DNA from: an uncultured Candidatus Saccharibacteria bacterium
Lineage (GTDB): Bacteria; Patescibacteriota; Minisyncoccia; Phycocordibacterales; UBA9973
Direction of reading: 5' to 3'
Length of the DNA: 43,007 nucleotides
Assembly: GCA_964504455.1 (NCBI GenBank)
Contig: CAZDDY010000001.1
Span: 1-43,007 of the forward strand
Of the stretch, positions 1 to 8,634 are shown one piece after another. The notes under the pieces are model-generated. The model ran no database searches, was not told the origin of the DNA, and was given only the letters and a program-made list of their open reading frames with translations. Made by a program: the position numbers and the translations under genes. The number at the start of each line of letters is the position of its first letter. The first letter of the stretch is position 1.

Positions 1-117
1 TCCTCAGGTGGACTCGACGGTGCTGGGTGGTACAAATTGACAGATATTCCAAATTTACAAATGTATGATAGTATAGCCAAGATAATCACCAAAGCAGTCG
101 GTATTATTAGTAAGTAA
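1..117 (+). CDS. 3' end of an unidentified CDS (partial, runs off the window start)
   Basis: Frame 1 is open from nt 1 and reads ...SSGGLDGAGWYKLTDIPNLQMYDSIAKIITKAVGIISK to TAA at 115-117. No recognisable motif. Confidence 0.35.
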   Translation, partial: SSGGLDGAGWYKLTDIPNLQMYDSIAKIITKAVGIISK

Positions 118-189
118 TTTTGTGCATACATGCATGTATAAAACGCTTGAAAAAGCGATTGTATCCAGTCATGTGTACGCTAAAAATCC

Positions 190-882
190 ATGGAAGGATT
201 TTCATCGCTCGAAAAAAAATTAGGAATTATATTTAATGACAAAAAATTGCTGACCCAGGCGTTTATTCATCGTTCGTATTTGAACGAAAATTCAAATGTC
301 GGGATCGGGCATAACGAACGATTAGAGTTTTTAGGGGATGCAGTACTCGAACTTGTCGTTACTGACCACCTATTTCGAAGTTATAAAAACGCTCCTGAAG
401 GAGAGTTGACTGCGTATCGATCATCACTTGTGAACACAAATATTATTGGTCAAAAAGCACTTGATCTTGGGTTTGCAGAATATCTTTTGTTGTCTAAGGG
501 AGAAAGTAGGGATATTGGTAAAGCAAGACTCCATATACTTGCAAACTCGTTTGAGTCCTTTGTCGGGGCGCTCTATCTTGATCAAGGATATGAGAAAGCA
601 CGAGCGTTTGTTGAAAGCTCACTTTTCCCAGAACTAGACGTAATAATAAAGAAAAAACTGTGGCGAGATGCAAAAAGTCTTGTTCAAGAAAAAGCCCAGG
701 AAATATATAAAGTGACTCCTTCATACAAAGTGACATCAGAAAGTGGCCCCGATCATGACAAGCGCTTTGTTGTTGGTCTTTATTTCGGGTCTGAACTTAT
801 TGCCCAAGGAAAGGGAAAATCAAAACAGGAAGGTGAACAATCTGCTGCGCGTCTTGCACTAGAAGAGAAAGGCTGGCTGTAG
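190..882 (+). CDS. rnc: Ribonuclease III
   Basis: 230 aa. RNase III signature NERLEFLGDAVLELVV, plus a C-terminal dsRBD-like segment (KSLVQEKAQE...GKGKSKQEGEQSAARLAL). Confidence 0.93.
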   Translation: MEGFSSLEKKLGIIFNDKKLLTQAFIHRSYLNENSNVGIGHNERLEFLGDAVLELVVTDHLFRSYKNAPEGELTAYRSSLVNTNIIGQKALDLGFAEYLLLSKGESRDIGKARLHILANSFESFVGALYLDQGYEKARAFVESSLFPELDVIIKKKLWRDAKSLVQEKAQEIYKVTPSYKVTSESGPDHDKRFVVGLYFGSELIAQGKGKSKQEGEQSAARLALEEKGWL

Positions 883-899
883 TAAAATAAAGCTATTCT

Positions 900-3128
900 A
901 TGGTCTTAAAATCAATCGAACTTTCTGGATTTAAATCATTTGCTAAAAAAACTGCACTCCAATTTGAATCAAAAGTAACTGCTATCGTTGGTCCAAATGG
1001 AAGTGGAAAATCAAACGTGGTTGAAGCCATTCGTTTTGTTTTAGGTGAGCAATCAATGAAATCACTTCGCGGGAAGGGAGGTACTGATCTTATTTTTAAA
1101 GGCTCAAAAGATTTAAGCGCACTCTCACGCGCGAGCGCTACCATTACATTTAATAATAAAAATAGGATTTTCTCATTCACTGAAACTTCAGAAGGTGTGC
1201 GAAATGTTGATTTTGATGAGGTGCGAATAACGCGTGAGGTATATTCAGATGGCCAAAATAGATATTTGATTAATGGATCAGAAGTGAGACTCAAAGATAT
1301 TGTTGAACTTCTTGCCTCTGTGCATATTGGTGCTTCGGGACACCATATTATTTCTCAGGGGGAAGCAGATAGAATACTCTCAGCATCAAATAAAGATAGA
1401 CGCATCATGATTGAAGATGCACTTGGATTAAAAATTTACCAATATCGTATTAAAGAAAGTGAACGCCGTCTAGAGAAGACTGAAATCAATATGAAGGAAG
1501 TTGCTTCTTTGAGACGCGAACTTGCACCACATCTTTCATTTCTCAAAAAACAGGTAGAAAAAATTGAAAAAGCAGAAGAAATACGGAAAACTCTCGTTGA
1601 TGTGTATCGCGAATATTTTGCAACGGCGCTTTGGCTTGAAGAATCGACACAAAAAGAAATAAATCAAGAGTTAGCCTCTCTCACTGGAGAACTTTCTTTT
1701 CTAGAGAAACAATTAAGTGAAAGTCGCCCGCAAGATGAGAGAATATCTCCATTTGAAGAATCGAAAAGGAAAGTTAACCAAGACCTTATTCATCTTGAAA
1801 ATAAGAAAAACACTATTTCGCACGAGATTGGTCGTGTCGAGGGGATGATTGACGCACTTTCCAGAAGTGAAAAAAGAGAAGACAGTGATACTCCAATTGG
1901 TAGAAAAATAGTTGAAGAGGCGCTTCAAAAAATTAAAAATACACTTCTAAAGGCACTTGAGACGAATACTACTGACGGTATCCGTTCCCATATTCAAGAA
2001 GCAGTCCTTGTTATTGAAGCATTTGAGACAAGTGCTCACGCAGAAGATTTTTCTTCGTCAAAACAGGAGCTTGAAACTTTACATGAGACAAAAGCGAATC
2101 TTTTACAGAGCCTGGCAGTTATTGAAAACGAAAAAGTTAATCTTGATAGAGAAAAAGAAGAGATAAAAAACAAAGAGACTACTTTTTTTGAAAGTGTACG
2201 AGAAATGGAGCGTTCATACTATGAGTTAAAGAACACTTATCAGGAAAAAGAAAATCAGAAGGCATTACTCGAAAATAAAAAAAAGTATCTTGAAACAGAG
2301 AGTGCTAGAACAAAGGAGTATATGCAAGAGGGTGTGCTTCTTTTAGGAACGTTGCTCTCTGGTATCACGGCAAAAAAACCTGAAGATGGTGTGGGTGAAG
2401 AAATCCAGCATGATAGATTTCGACAAATCGAAAGGTTAAAAGTAAAACTTGAAGAAAGTGGAGCACTTGGCGGTGGAGAAACAATAAAAGAATATGAAGA
2501 CACACTTGCGCGAGACCAATTTCTTGCTCGTGAATTAGAAGATCTGACAAATGCTATATCGGAAACAAAACTTCTTATTATTGATCTAAAGACTAAACTT
2601 GATTCTGAGTTTAAGGAGGGAGTGGCTTCTATCAATAAGGCGTTTCAAGATTTTTTTGCAACAATGTTTGGTGGCGGGGGAGCCCATCTTTCAGTAACTA
2701 TTGAACAGAAGCGAAAAAGAAGTGCTGAAGAAGAAGAGATTGAAATTGAAGAGGATGAAGAAGAGGCAGTTGAGCGCGGAATTGAAATTCATGTTTCTTT
2801 GCCACACAAGAAGGTGCGGGAGCTGACCATGCTCTCTGGGGGAGAAAGATCTCTTACTTCTATTGCACTTTTGTTTGCAATGTCACAAGTAAACCCACCC
2901 CCATTTCTTGTGCTTGATGAAACTGATGCTGCACTTGATGAGGCAAATTCACGAAGATATGGAGATATGATTGAAAGACTGTCTAAATTCTCCCAGCTTA
3001 TTTTGGTTACTCACAACAGAGAAACAATGTCTCGCGCATCAATTCTTTTTGGCGTTACACTGGGTGCAGATGGAGCTTCAAAACTACTTTCAATAAAATT
3101 TGAAGAGGCAGAAAATTACGCTAAATAA
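900..3128 (+). CDS. smc: SMC-family chromosome segregation ATPase, unusually short (742 aa), no recognisable hinge
   Basis: N-terminal Walker A GPNGSGKSN (about nt 990-1016). C-terminal ABC signature LSGGERSLTSIALLFA and Walker B FLVLDETDAALD. SMC-type C-head lead-in IKEYEDTLARDQFLARELEDL...FQDFFATMFGGGGAHLSV. The middle is coiled-coil-like and charged. Confidence 0.8.
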   Translation: MVLKSIELSGFKSFAKKTALQFESKVTAIVGPNGSGKSNVVEAIRFVLGEQSMKSLRGKGGTDLIFKGSKDLSALSRASATITFNNKNRIFSFTETSEGVRNVDFDEVRITREVYSDGQNRYLINGSEVRLKDIVELLASVHIGASGHHIISQGEADRILSASNKDRRIMIEDALGLKIYQYRIKESERRLEKTEINMKEVASLRRELAPHLSFLKKQVEKIEKAEEIRKTLVDVYREYFATALWLEESTQKEINQELASLTGELSFLEKQLSESRPQDERISPFEESKRKVNQDLIHLENKKNTISHEIGRVEGMIDALSRSEKREDSDTPIGRKIVEEALQKIKNTLLKALETNTTDGIRSHIQEAVLVIEAFETSAHAEDFSSSKQELETLHETKANLLQSLAVIENEKVNLDREKEEIKNKETTFFESVREMERSYYELKNTYQEKENQKALLENKKKYLETESARTKEYMQEGVLLLGTLLSGITAKKPEDGVGEEIQHDRFRQIERLKVKLEESGALGGGETIKEYEDTLARDQFLARELEDLTNAISETKLLIIDLKTKLDSEFKEGVASINKAFQDFFATMFGGGGAHLSVTIEQKRKRSAEEEEIEIEEDEEEAVERGIEIHVSLPHKKVRELTMLSGGERSLTSIALLFAMSQVNPPPFLVLDETDAALDEANSRRYGDMIERLSKFSQLILVTHNRETMSRASILFGVTLGADGASKLLSIKFEEAENYAK

Positions 3129-5429
3129 CTATTTTTGTATAGGTGCTTCTGGCTGGAAAAATTTATTTTGTGTTGTAGTGTATGTGTTGTATTTTTTTAT
3201 AAATTTATTTTCCGGGTCAACAATAACTTCAAGGGTAAGACCCTCCATTGTTTCTTTTGAAAACGATTGATCAAAAATAAAATTACCAAGACTATATGCA
3301 CTGAGTCCACCTTTATACCTTTCAACACTTTGAGCAACATGTGGGTGGTGTCCAACAACAAGTTTTGCACCTAAGTCTATACTTTTATGTGCTTGTGCAA
3401 TCTGTGCTTCTGTCTCAGGGCTGTATTCATTACCCCAGTGAAATGAGACAACAAGAAAATCAACTTTTCCAACTGCATCAGTAATTATTTTTTCGAAATT
3501 TTCATCTTGGGCAAGTAAAATACCAGACTGATCTTGCGTTGCCTTAAGCCAATTCGGACCAACATCACAAAAACCTATTCGCATACCTTTTACCTCAAGT
3601 ATTTCCGGTTCTTTAGCTTGGTCGTATGTGTCACCAGCTCCTGTGTAAGCAATATTTGCTACATCAAGGCGCCATCTTGTATCATCAAAGGCTTCTTTGT
3701 CCCAGTCGCCAACGTGATTGTTTGCAAATGAAAAAATATCAAATCCTGCCTTTTTTAGTGATTCGAGTGTTTTCGGCTCCATTCTGAATGAATACAAATT
3801 TCTTTTATCCACACCTTTGTCAGAGAGTGGTCCTTCGAGATTACCGAAGAGTATATCTACGTTTTTATAACTATCACCAAGTAGTTCAAAAAGTCGATCG
3901 AAATCCCCGCCAAGATTTTTGTTAACAGAAAATTTCACCCCTCTATCAAGCATAATGTCACCAACAAAACGCATGGTTATCTCATCTTTTGGATCTTCAG
4001 TTGAAATTTTAAAATTACCTGTGCGACTGTATACAACTCTTTTCTTTAAATATGCAAGAATATTTTCTGTATCAGTGAACCGGTCATTTGAGTGTAAAAT
4101 TACAATAGCAATTTCTCTGTTTGAAAGCTCGGACAAAGGGAGAGACCATACACCAGCATACGTTTGGAGTGCTTCGTCTGTAAAGCCAAGCTTACTTCCA
4201 ATTCTGTTTTTATCTTTCACTAGTTTATCAACGTTTTGCCATGTGTGACCCTGAGCACTATAGGATTTTCTACGAGTAATATCCCAGATAAAAGGACGTT
4301 CTTTTGTTATGTATTGTACGAGCGAAAATATATCTCGAGCAGAAGAGACATTTTGTGGCGACAATCCGCTTGGGTCTTTAAAAAAAGTATTATCCATATT
4401 TAGAAGATTAGCTTTTTCGTTCATTCTCTCTAAAAATGTTTGTCTACCACTATGCTCTGCTAAAATTTCAGCAGCAACGTTTGATGAAGGTAATAATAGA
4501 GGGAAGAGAAGTCCCGCTATCTGTATTTCCTCTCCTGGTTTGAAGGTAGATCTCCCATATGTGTTTGCTGCCTGTTTTGATACAGTTGCAAAATCAAATT
4601 GATTCTGTGTCTCAACTGTTGTTATGGCTGTCATAAGCTTTGTAATTGAGGCAATAGGGAATTGTGTATCTATATTTTTTTGCAAAATAATTTCGCCAGT
4701 TTCTATGTCAGCAACAATATATGCATCTGCAGAGACATTTGGTCGCGCGCTACCATCAGGTGCAATGTAGATAGAATTATTTGATATCACACTCGGTTTT
4801 AATGTACTGTCACTATAAATTGAGATTTTTGTATCAAAATCTATCCAATCAAATAACTTTTCAGCGTCTTCTGTTCTCAATCTTATTGCTCCGTTTTTAA
4901 AGGATGTCGAAAGTGGGCGTCCATTTTTATCATGTGGTGTACCATGAATAAAATAGTTACCAAATAAGTGTAAGCTATACGGAAGCCATGCCCCTATTTT
5001 TTCTGAATAATATTCTTCTTCTTTCGTATCAATTTCAAAGAGTCCACCAGGCGTTTCCCAAATAGAATTTTTTTCACCTTTTGCAATAACAGGATAGCGT
5101 GCCTTAGTCTCTCCATCTTCAAAAGCGGTAAGACTCATATCTACAAGATTTATACGGACCATTTTTCCTTTTGCAAAAGGAATAAATTGGTTGTCTGGGA
5201 TATTTTCAAAAGAAATTTTTACTATTGGTTCCTCTTCTGATAATTCTCCGACGTTAATTTTATAGCTTCCTTGTTCGCTTGTTTCGAGACGTTCCGCTTT
5301 TTTGAAGGAGTACCAAGCTTTCATGAAGGGTGCTACGAATAAAAGTGCCATAATAATAAAAAGCACCCCAATTTCGTACCACTCTCTGTTTTGAACCCAT
5401 TCTCTTATTTTTAGCCAACGTTCTCTCAT
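3129..5429 (-). CDS. Membrane-anchored three-domain envelope protein: YkuD-like (L,D-transpeptidase fold, nucleophile missing) + peptidase S11 DD-carboxypeptidase + CapA/PGA_cap metallophosphatase-type domain
   Basis: 766 aa with an N-terminal TM (YEIGVLFIIMALLFVAPFM). YkuD-like FIHGTPH...FKNGAIRL. S11 motifs SITK (SxxK), SSN (SxN) and KLG (KTG-like). CapA motifs GDIMLDRG, GNLEGPLS, FANNHVGDWD, SFHWGNEY, GHHPHV. Confidence 0.8.
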   Translation of the reverse strand: MRERWLKIREWVQNREWYEIGVLFIIMALLFVAPFMKAWYSFKKAERLETSEQGSYKINVGELSEEEPIVKISFENIPDNQFIPFAKGKMVRINLVDMSLTAFEDGETKARYPVIAKGEKNSIWETPGGLFEIDTKEEEYYSEKIGAWLPYSLHLFGNYFIHGTPHDKNGRPLSTSFKNGAIRLRTEDAEKLFDWIDFDTKISIYSDSTLKPSVISNNSIYIAPDGSARPNVSADAYIVADIETGEIILQKNIDTQFPIASITKLMTAITTVETQNQFDFATVSKQAANTYGRSTFKPGEEIQIAGLLFPLLLPSSNVAAEILAEHSGRQTFLERMNEKANLLNMDNTFFKDPSGLSPQNVSSARDIFSLVQYITKERPFIWDITRRKSYSAQGHTWQNVDKLVKDKNRIGSKLGFTDEALQTYAGVWSLPLSELSNREIAIVILHSNDRFTDTENILAYLKKRVVYSRTGNFKISTEDPKDEITMRFVGDIMLDRGVKFSVNKNLGGDFDRLFELLGDSYKNVDILFGNLEGPLSDKGVDKRNLYSFRMEPKTLESLKKAGFDIFSFANNHVGDWDKEAFDDTRWRLDVANIAYTGAGDTYDQAKEPEILEVKGMRIGFCDVGPNWLKATQDQSGILLAQDENFEKIITDAVGKVDFLVVSFHWGNEYSPETEAQIAQAHKSIDLGAKLVVGHHPHVAQSVERYKGGLSAYSLGNFIFDQSFSKETMEGLTLEVIVDPENKFIKKYNTYTTTQNKFFQPEAPIQK

Positions 5430-6910
5430 AGGACTAGTTCATAGTTTATCAATTTTTTATCTAAATCGACACGAGAAACTAAGACAGTAATCTGCATTCC
5501 GATGTGAATCTTTATTTTAAGTTTTTTACTTACTGCTTCAAATCTGTTTGGAAAAAGTTTAAAGCTTTTATCAAGATTTTGTTCATGAATAAGCCCATCA
5601 GTTCCGCTTAGTACATCAGAAGCAAAAATACCATGAGTGGTAATACCGGTCACTATAGCTTGTCTTTTTTCACCTATAAAACTTTTCATGTATTCTGTTT
5701 GAACTATACGAAGTGAAAACCTTTCTGCATCCTGGGCTTGTCTTTCAGCTTGGGTAGCATGGATCATAATTTTTTCCATCTCCGCTTCATTTGCATGATC
5801 TGCTTTACCTAAAAGTGCATTGGCTAGAGCACGGTGTGAAATAATATCCGGGTATCTACGTATTGGGGAAGTAAAATGCGTGTAAAGCTTAAAAGCGAGT
5901 GCGAAATGGCCTTTATTCTTTATACTATATCTTGCTTTTGCCAGTGTTCGAAGTACAAGCGATTGGATGAATGCCCCATATGTCTTTAGCTTTGGGTGTT
6001 TTGTAAGTTCAGAAAGAGTTCGTGTATCAATTTTTTTTCCTATTTTAAAACCAAGAGGTTCAAGAACCATTCGCAATGTTTGCACTTTTTCTTTTTCAGG
6101 GAGTTCGTGGATTCTATACGGGAATATATATTTTTTCTTGGTAAGGAATTCAGCAACTGTTTTGTTCGCAAGTAACATAAATTCCTCAATAAGCATATGA
6201 GATTTTGTGAAAACACTTTTAGTTGGTGTGTATGAACGACTGAATTCGTCATACAAGAATGTTATTTCCTCTTGTTCAAGCACTAATGACCCTTCAGATA
6301 TTCTTTTTTCGTTCAGTTTTTCTGCAATTTTTAAAAGTTTTTGCAATTCATCTTTGAATACACCTTCTTTTTTTTCTAAAATTTGATCAACTTCTTCGTA
6401 GGTAAAACGTTTTTTTGAGTGGATAATCGATTTTCCCATCCACGTGTTTTTTATTTTTCCTTGTGTATCAAATTGCCAAACAACACTTATAGTAAACCTA
6501 TCTTCGTTTGGACGAAGGCTACACAAGTCGTTTGATAACACCTCAGGAAGCATCGGAATTACTCTATTTTGCAGATAGATACTCGTGCCCCGTCTTCGGG
6601 CTTCTATATCAAGTATGCTTTTTGGAGTGACAAAATGTGAGACATCAGAAATATGCACTCCTATTTCTATAAAGTGTCCTTTTTGAGAGATAGTTAGAGC
6701 GTCATCAAAATCCTTGGCATTTTTTGGGTCAATGGTCAGGCAAACTTCATTTCGGAAGTCTCTTCGATTTTTAATTTCATCTGCAATGTGCTCTTGCTTG
6801 ATTTTTTCAGCACCCTCGAGCGTTTTTTTTGAAAAGCTTCCCCAGGAAAGATCGTGTACGATTTCTTCTAGCAGTTTTTTGTGTAAATCTTTCTCTTCTT
6901 TTGTTTTCAT
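5426..6910 (-). CDS. rnr: RNase II/R family 3'-5' exoribonuclease (RNB + C-terminal S1 domain, no N-terminal cold-shock domains)
   Basis: 494 aa. RNB entry CLTIDPKNAKDFDDAL, catalytic-region HFTSPIRRYPD, and S1-like GEKRQAIVTGITTHGIFA. The TGA stop overlaps the ATG of the downstream fusion gene (ATGA, 5426-5429). Confidence 0.85.
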   Translation of the reverse strand: MKTKEEKDLHKKLLEEIVHDLSWGSFSKKTLEGAEKIKQEHIADEIKNRRDFRNEVCLTIDPKNAKDFDDALTISQKGHFIEIGVHISDVSHFVTPKSILDIEARRRGTSIYLQNRVIPMLPEVLSNDLCSLRPNEDRFTISVVWQFDTQGKIKNTWMGKSIIHSKKRFTYEEVDQILEKKEGVFKDELQKLLKIAEKLNEKRISEGSLVLEQEEITFLYDEFSRSYTPTKSVFTKSHMLIEEFMLLANKTVAEFLTKKKYIFPYRIHELPEKEKVQTLRMVLEPLGFKIGKKIDTRTLSELTKHPKLKTYGAFIQSLVLRTLAKARYSIKNKGHFALAFKLYTHFTSPIRRYPDIISHRALANALLGKADHANEAEMEKIMIHATQAERQAQDAERFSLRIVQTEYMKSFIGEKRQAIVTGITTHGIFASDVLSGTDGLIHEQNLDKSFKLFPNRFEAVSKKLKIKIHIGMQITVLVSRVDLDKKLINYELVL

Positions 6911-6952
6911 CTGTACTAACTATACTATAAAGCTCCTTTTTGCCTACCGTAA

Positions 6953-6980
6953 TTGACCAAGCTTCAAAATGTGCTACTAT
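6953..6980 (+). promoter_or_regulatory. Sigma-70-type promoter for rpsP
   Basis: -35 TTGACC (6953-6958), 16-nt spacer ending in TGc, -10 TACTAT (6975-6980). The -10 ends 6 nt before ATG 6987. Confidence 0.5.
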
Positions 6981-6986
6981 ATGCCC

Positions 6987-7289
6987 ATGCTTACTATTAG
7001 ATTGCAACGGACAGGAAGAAAAAATAATGCTTCATTTCGACTCGTATTAACTGACTCAAAAAACGGCCCACAGAGTGGAAAGTTTTTGGCTGTACTAGGC
7101 AATTTTGATGTCAAAGGAGGGAAGGCTACATTTGTCGCAGACAAAATCAAGTCAGCTATTAAGAATGGAGCCCAGGTTTCTGCAACAGTTCATAATATGC
7201 TTATCAAAGAAGGCATCATAGAAGGAAAAAAGAAGAACGTGCTTTCAAAGAAGAAACCAACAGTTAAGAGGAAAGAAAATAAAAAATAG
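6987..7289 (+). CDS. rpsP: 30S ribosomal protein S16 with a lysine-rich C-terminal tail
   Basis: MLTIRLQRTGRKNNASFRLVL matches the canonical S16 N-terminus. I chose ATG 6987 over the longer ORF start at 6969. Confidence 0.9.
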   Translation: MLTIRLQRTGRKNNASFRLVLTDSKNGPQSGKFLAVLGNFDVKGGKATFVADKIKSAIKNGAQVSATVHNMLIKEGIIEGKKKNVLSKKKPTVKRKENKK

Positions 7290-7294
7290 TGTAA

Positions 7295-7324
7295 AATTAA
7301 GTCGTTCGAAAGGACGACTTAATT
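7295..7324 (+). promoter_or_regulatory. Perfect 11-bp hairpin between rpsP and the pilin gene
   Basis: AATTAAGTCGT (7295-7305), loop tcgaaagg, ACGACTTAATT (7314-7324). There is no following U-tract, so this is not a classical intrinsic terminator. Confidence 0.5.
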
Positions 7325-7331
7325 CGTATAT

Positions 7332-8150
7332 ATGTTTCAAAAACACCCTCATACACATAGAAACTTAGGATTTACCTTGATAGAGCTTTTAATTGTTATA
7401 GCAATCATAGGCATTCTTGCTGGTGTTATTATGATTGCATTGAATGGGGCGCGAGCTAAAGCGCACGATGCAAATGTGAAATCAACACTCGCTTCTATTC
7501 GAAGTATTGCTGAGGACCAATTTTATCAATATGATCCAAATACATATGCACCAGTATGTCTTTCAGGTCCAGTTGATCTTGTTCTTGGAGATTTGGGAGA
7601 CAAGGAAGGAGTTCTTGAAGCCAATTACCAATGTACATCTACAAACACAGAGTGGGTTGCAATTTTCCCTCTCAAGACAAAACCAGCCTACTGGTGTAGT
7701 GATAGTCTCGGAAGTTCAAGAGAAGTCTCTGGATTTACAACAAGTCTTGCTCCAGATGAATTAAATTGCAAAAATGCAACAGCTCTAACCCCACCTGATG
7801 ATGGTGGAGATGGTGGAGGAGGGGGAAATACATCACCAACACTTATTCTTTCAGGTGCAAATCCGTATGAGTTTTGGTCAACCAGCAATAATCCATTTAG
7901 TGGAAATGCGCATAATAAATACACTGAGCCAGGATACGCTGCATCCGATGCAGAAGATGGCGATATAACAGCAGATGTTGCTGTGACTGGACCAACGCTT
8001 ATTTCAAGTACAAGAACAGGGTGTAGAAAATATACGTATAATTTTACATATTCAGTTACAGACTCAGGAGGTCTTTCCTCTCCAACATTAACCAGAGTAG
8101 TTATTCATAATAGATGTCATCCACCAGATGATGACGATGATGATGATTAA
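7332..8150 (+). CDS. Type IV pilin / pseudopilin-like protein with C-terminal Ig-like (DUF5011-type) domain and poly-Asp tail
   Basis: Class III signal MFQKHPHTHRNLG|FTLIELLIVIAIIGILAG (G-1, E+5). Four Cys in the globular head, a Gly-rich linker DDGGDGGGGGN, a DUF5011-like stretch (YTEPGYAASDAEDGDITADVAVTG...YSVTDSGG...TRVVIH), and a terminal PPDDDDDDD. Confidence 0.85.
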   Translation: MFQKHPHTHRNLGFTLIELLIVIAIIGILAGVIMIALNGARAKAHDANVKSTLASIRSIAEDQFYQYDPNTYAPVCLSGPVDLVLGDLGDKEGVLEANYQCTSTNTEWVAIFPLKTKPAYWCSDSLGSSREVSGFTTSLAPDELNCKNATALTPPDDGGDGGGGGNTSPTLILSGANPYEFWSTSNNPFSGNAHNKYTEPGYAASDAEDGDITADVAVTGPTLISSTRTGCRKYTYNFTYSVTDSGGLSSPTLTRVVIHNRCHPPDDDDDDD

Positions 8151-8179
8151 TTGACTCAAAGCAGAGCTAACCGTATACT
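8151..8179 (+). promoter_or_regulatory. Sigma-70-type promoter upstream of the KH-domain gene
   Basis: -35 TTGACT (8151-8156), 17-nt spacer, -10 TATACT (8174-8179). Confidence 0.55.
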
Positions 8180-8240
8180 GCTATATAAGCAGCAAATCTG
8201 TCGTCACTGCTTTTAGAAGAGAATCTTGTCAAAACATATT

Positions 8241-8561
8241 ATGCCAAACGATCAAGGATTTCTTGAGTATGTTGTTAAGGCCCTCGTCGATAATCCAAAC
8301 GATGTAAAAATCGAAAGAAGTATTGATGAAATGGGTGTACTTATCACTCTGTCAGTCAATCCTCAGGATATGGGGAAAGTTATAGGCCGAATGGGAAATA
8401 CAGCGAAAGCAATCAGAACACTCTTGCGAGTTATCGGAATGAAGAACAATGCTCGCATCAATCTTAAAATCAACGAGCCAGAAGGCGGTATGCAGAAAAT
8501 GCAACAACAGCCATCTGCAAGCTCAGTTGACGCAGCAATGGAGGATCTGAAGGGCCTCTAA
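8241..8561 (+). CDS. KH-domain RNA-binding protein (YlqC/UPF0109-like)
   Basis: FLEYVVKALVDNPNDVKIE...GKVIGRMGNTAKAIRTLL includes the GxxG KH motif. This is the position a KH gene usually occupies in the rpsP-KH-rimM-trmD operon. ATG 8241 preferred; TTG 8226 is possible. Confidence 0.8.
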   Translation: MPNDQGFLEYVVKALVDNPNDVKIERSIDEMGVLITLSVNPQDMGKVIGRMGNTAKAIRTLLRVIGMKNNARINLKINEPEGGMQKMQQQPSASSVDAAMEDLKGL

Positions 8562-8583
8562 AGCTACAAATCGGTATACGAAG

Positions 8584-8620
8584 ATGCCCGGCACATAAAC
8601 GTGTCGGGCATTTTTGTATT
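8584..8620 (+). terminator. Rho-independent terminator after the KH gene
   Basis: 11-bp stem ATGCCCGGCAC/GTGTCGGGCAT (one G-U pair), 6-nt loop, then TTTTTGTATTTTTT. Confidence 0.75.
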
Positions 8621-8634
8621 TTTTACTTAGGTTA

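Noticed and set aside
893-1294. Long antisense or alternate-frame ORFs inside conserved genes: 893-1294, 2255-2635, 3919-4248, 13840-14154, 15943-16341, 16438-16785, 17588-17989, 24167-24571, 34041-34379, 35335-35712.
   Set aside because: All lie within, and mostly opposite to, genes with unambiguous homology. Their products are Ser/Leu/Cys/Phe-rich low-complexity sequences typical of shadow ORFs in AT-rich coding DNA.
6969-6986. Longer N-terminal extensions offered by the ORF track: rpsP from 6969, KH gene from 8226, DsbA-like from 20640, GT2 from 20613, uvrC from 35609, VKOR from 36976, giant gene from 38243.
   Set aside because: The extensions add non-conserved residues ahead of canonical N-termini (for example MLTIRL for S16 and the GIY-YIG start for UvrC). 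They would also overlap promoter elements or neighbouring genes, so I used the shorter starts.
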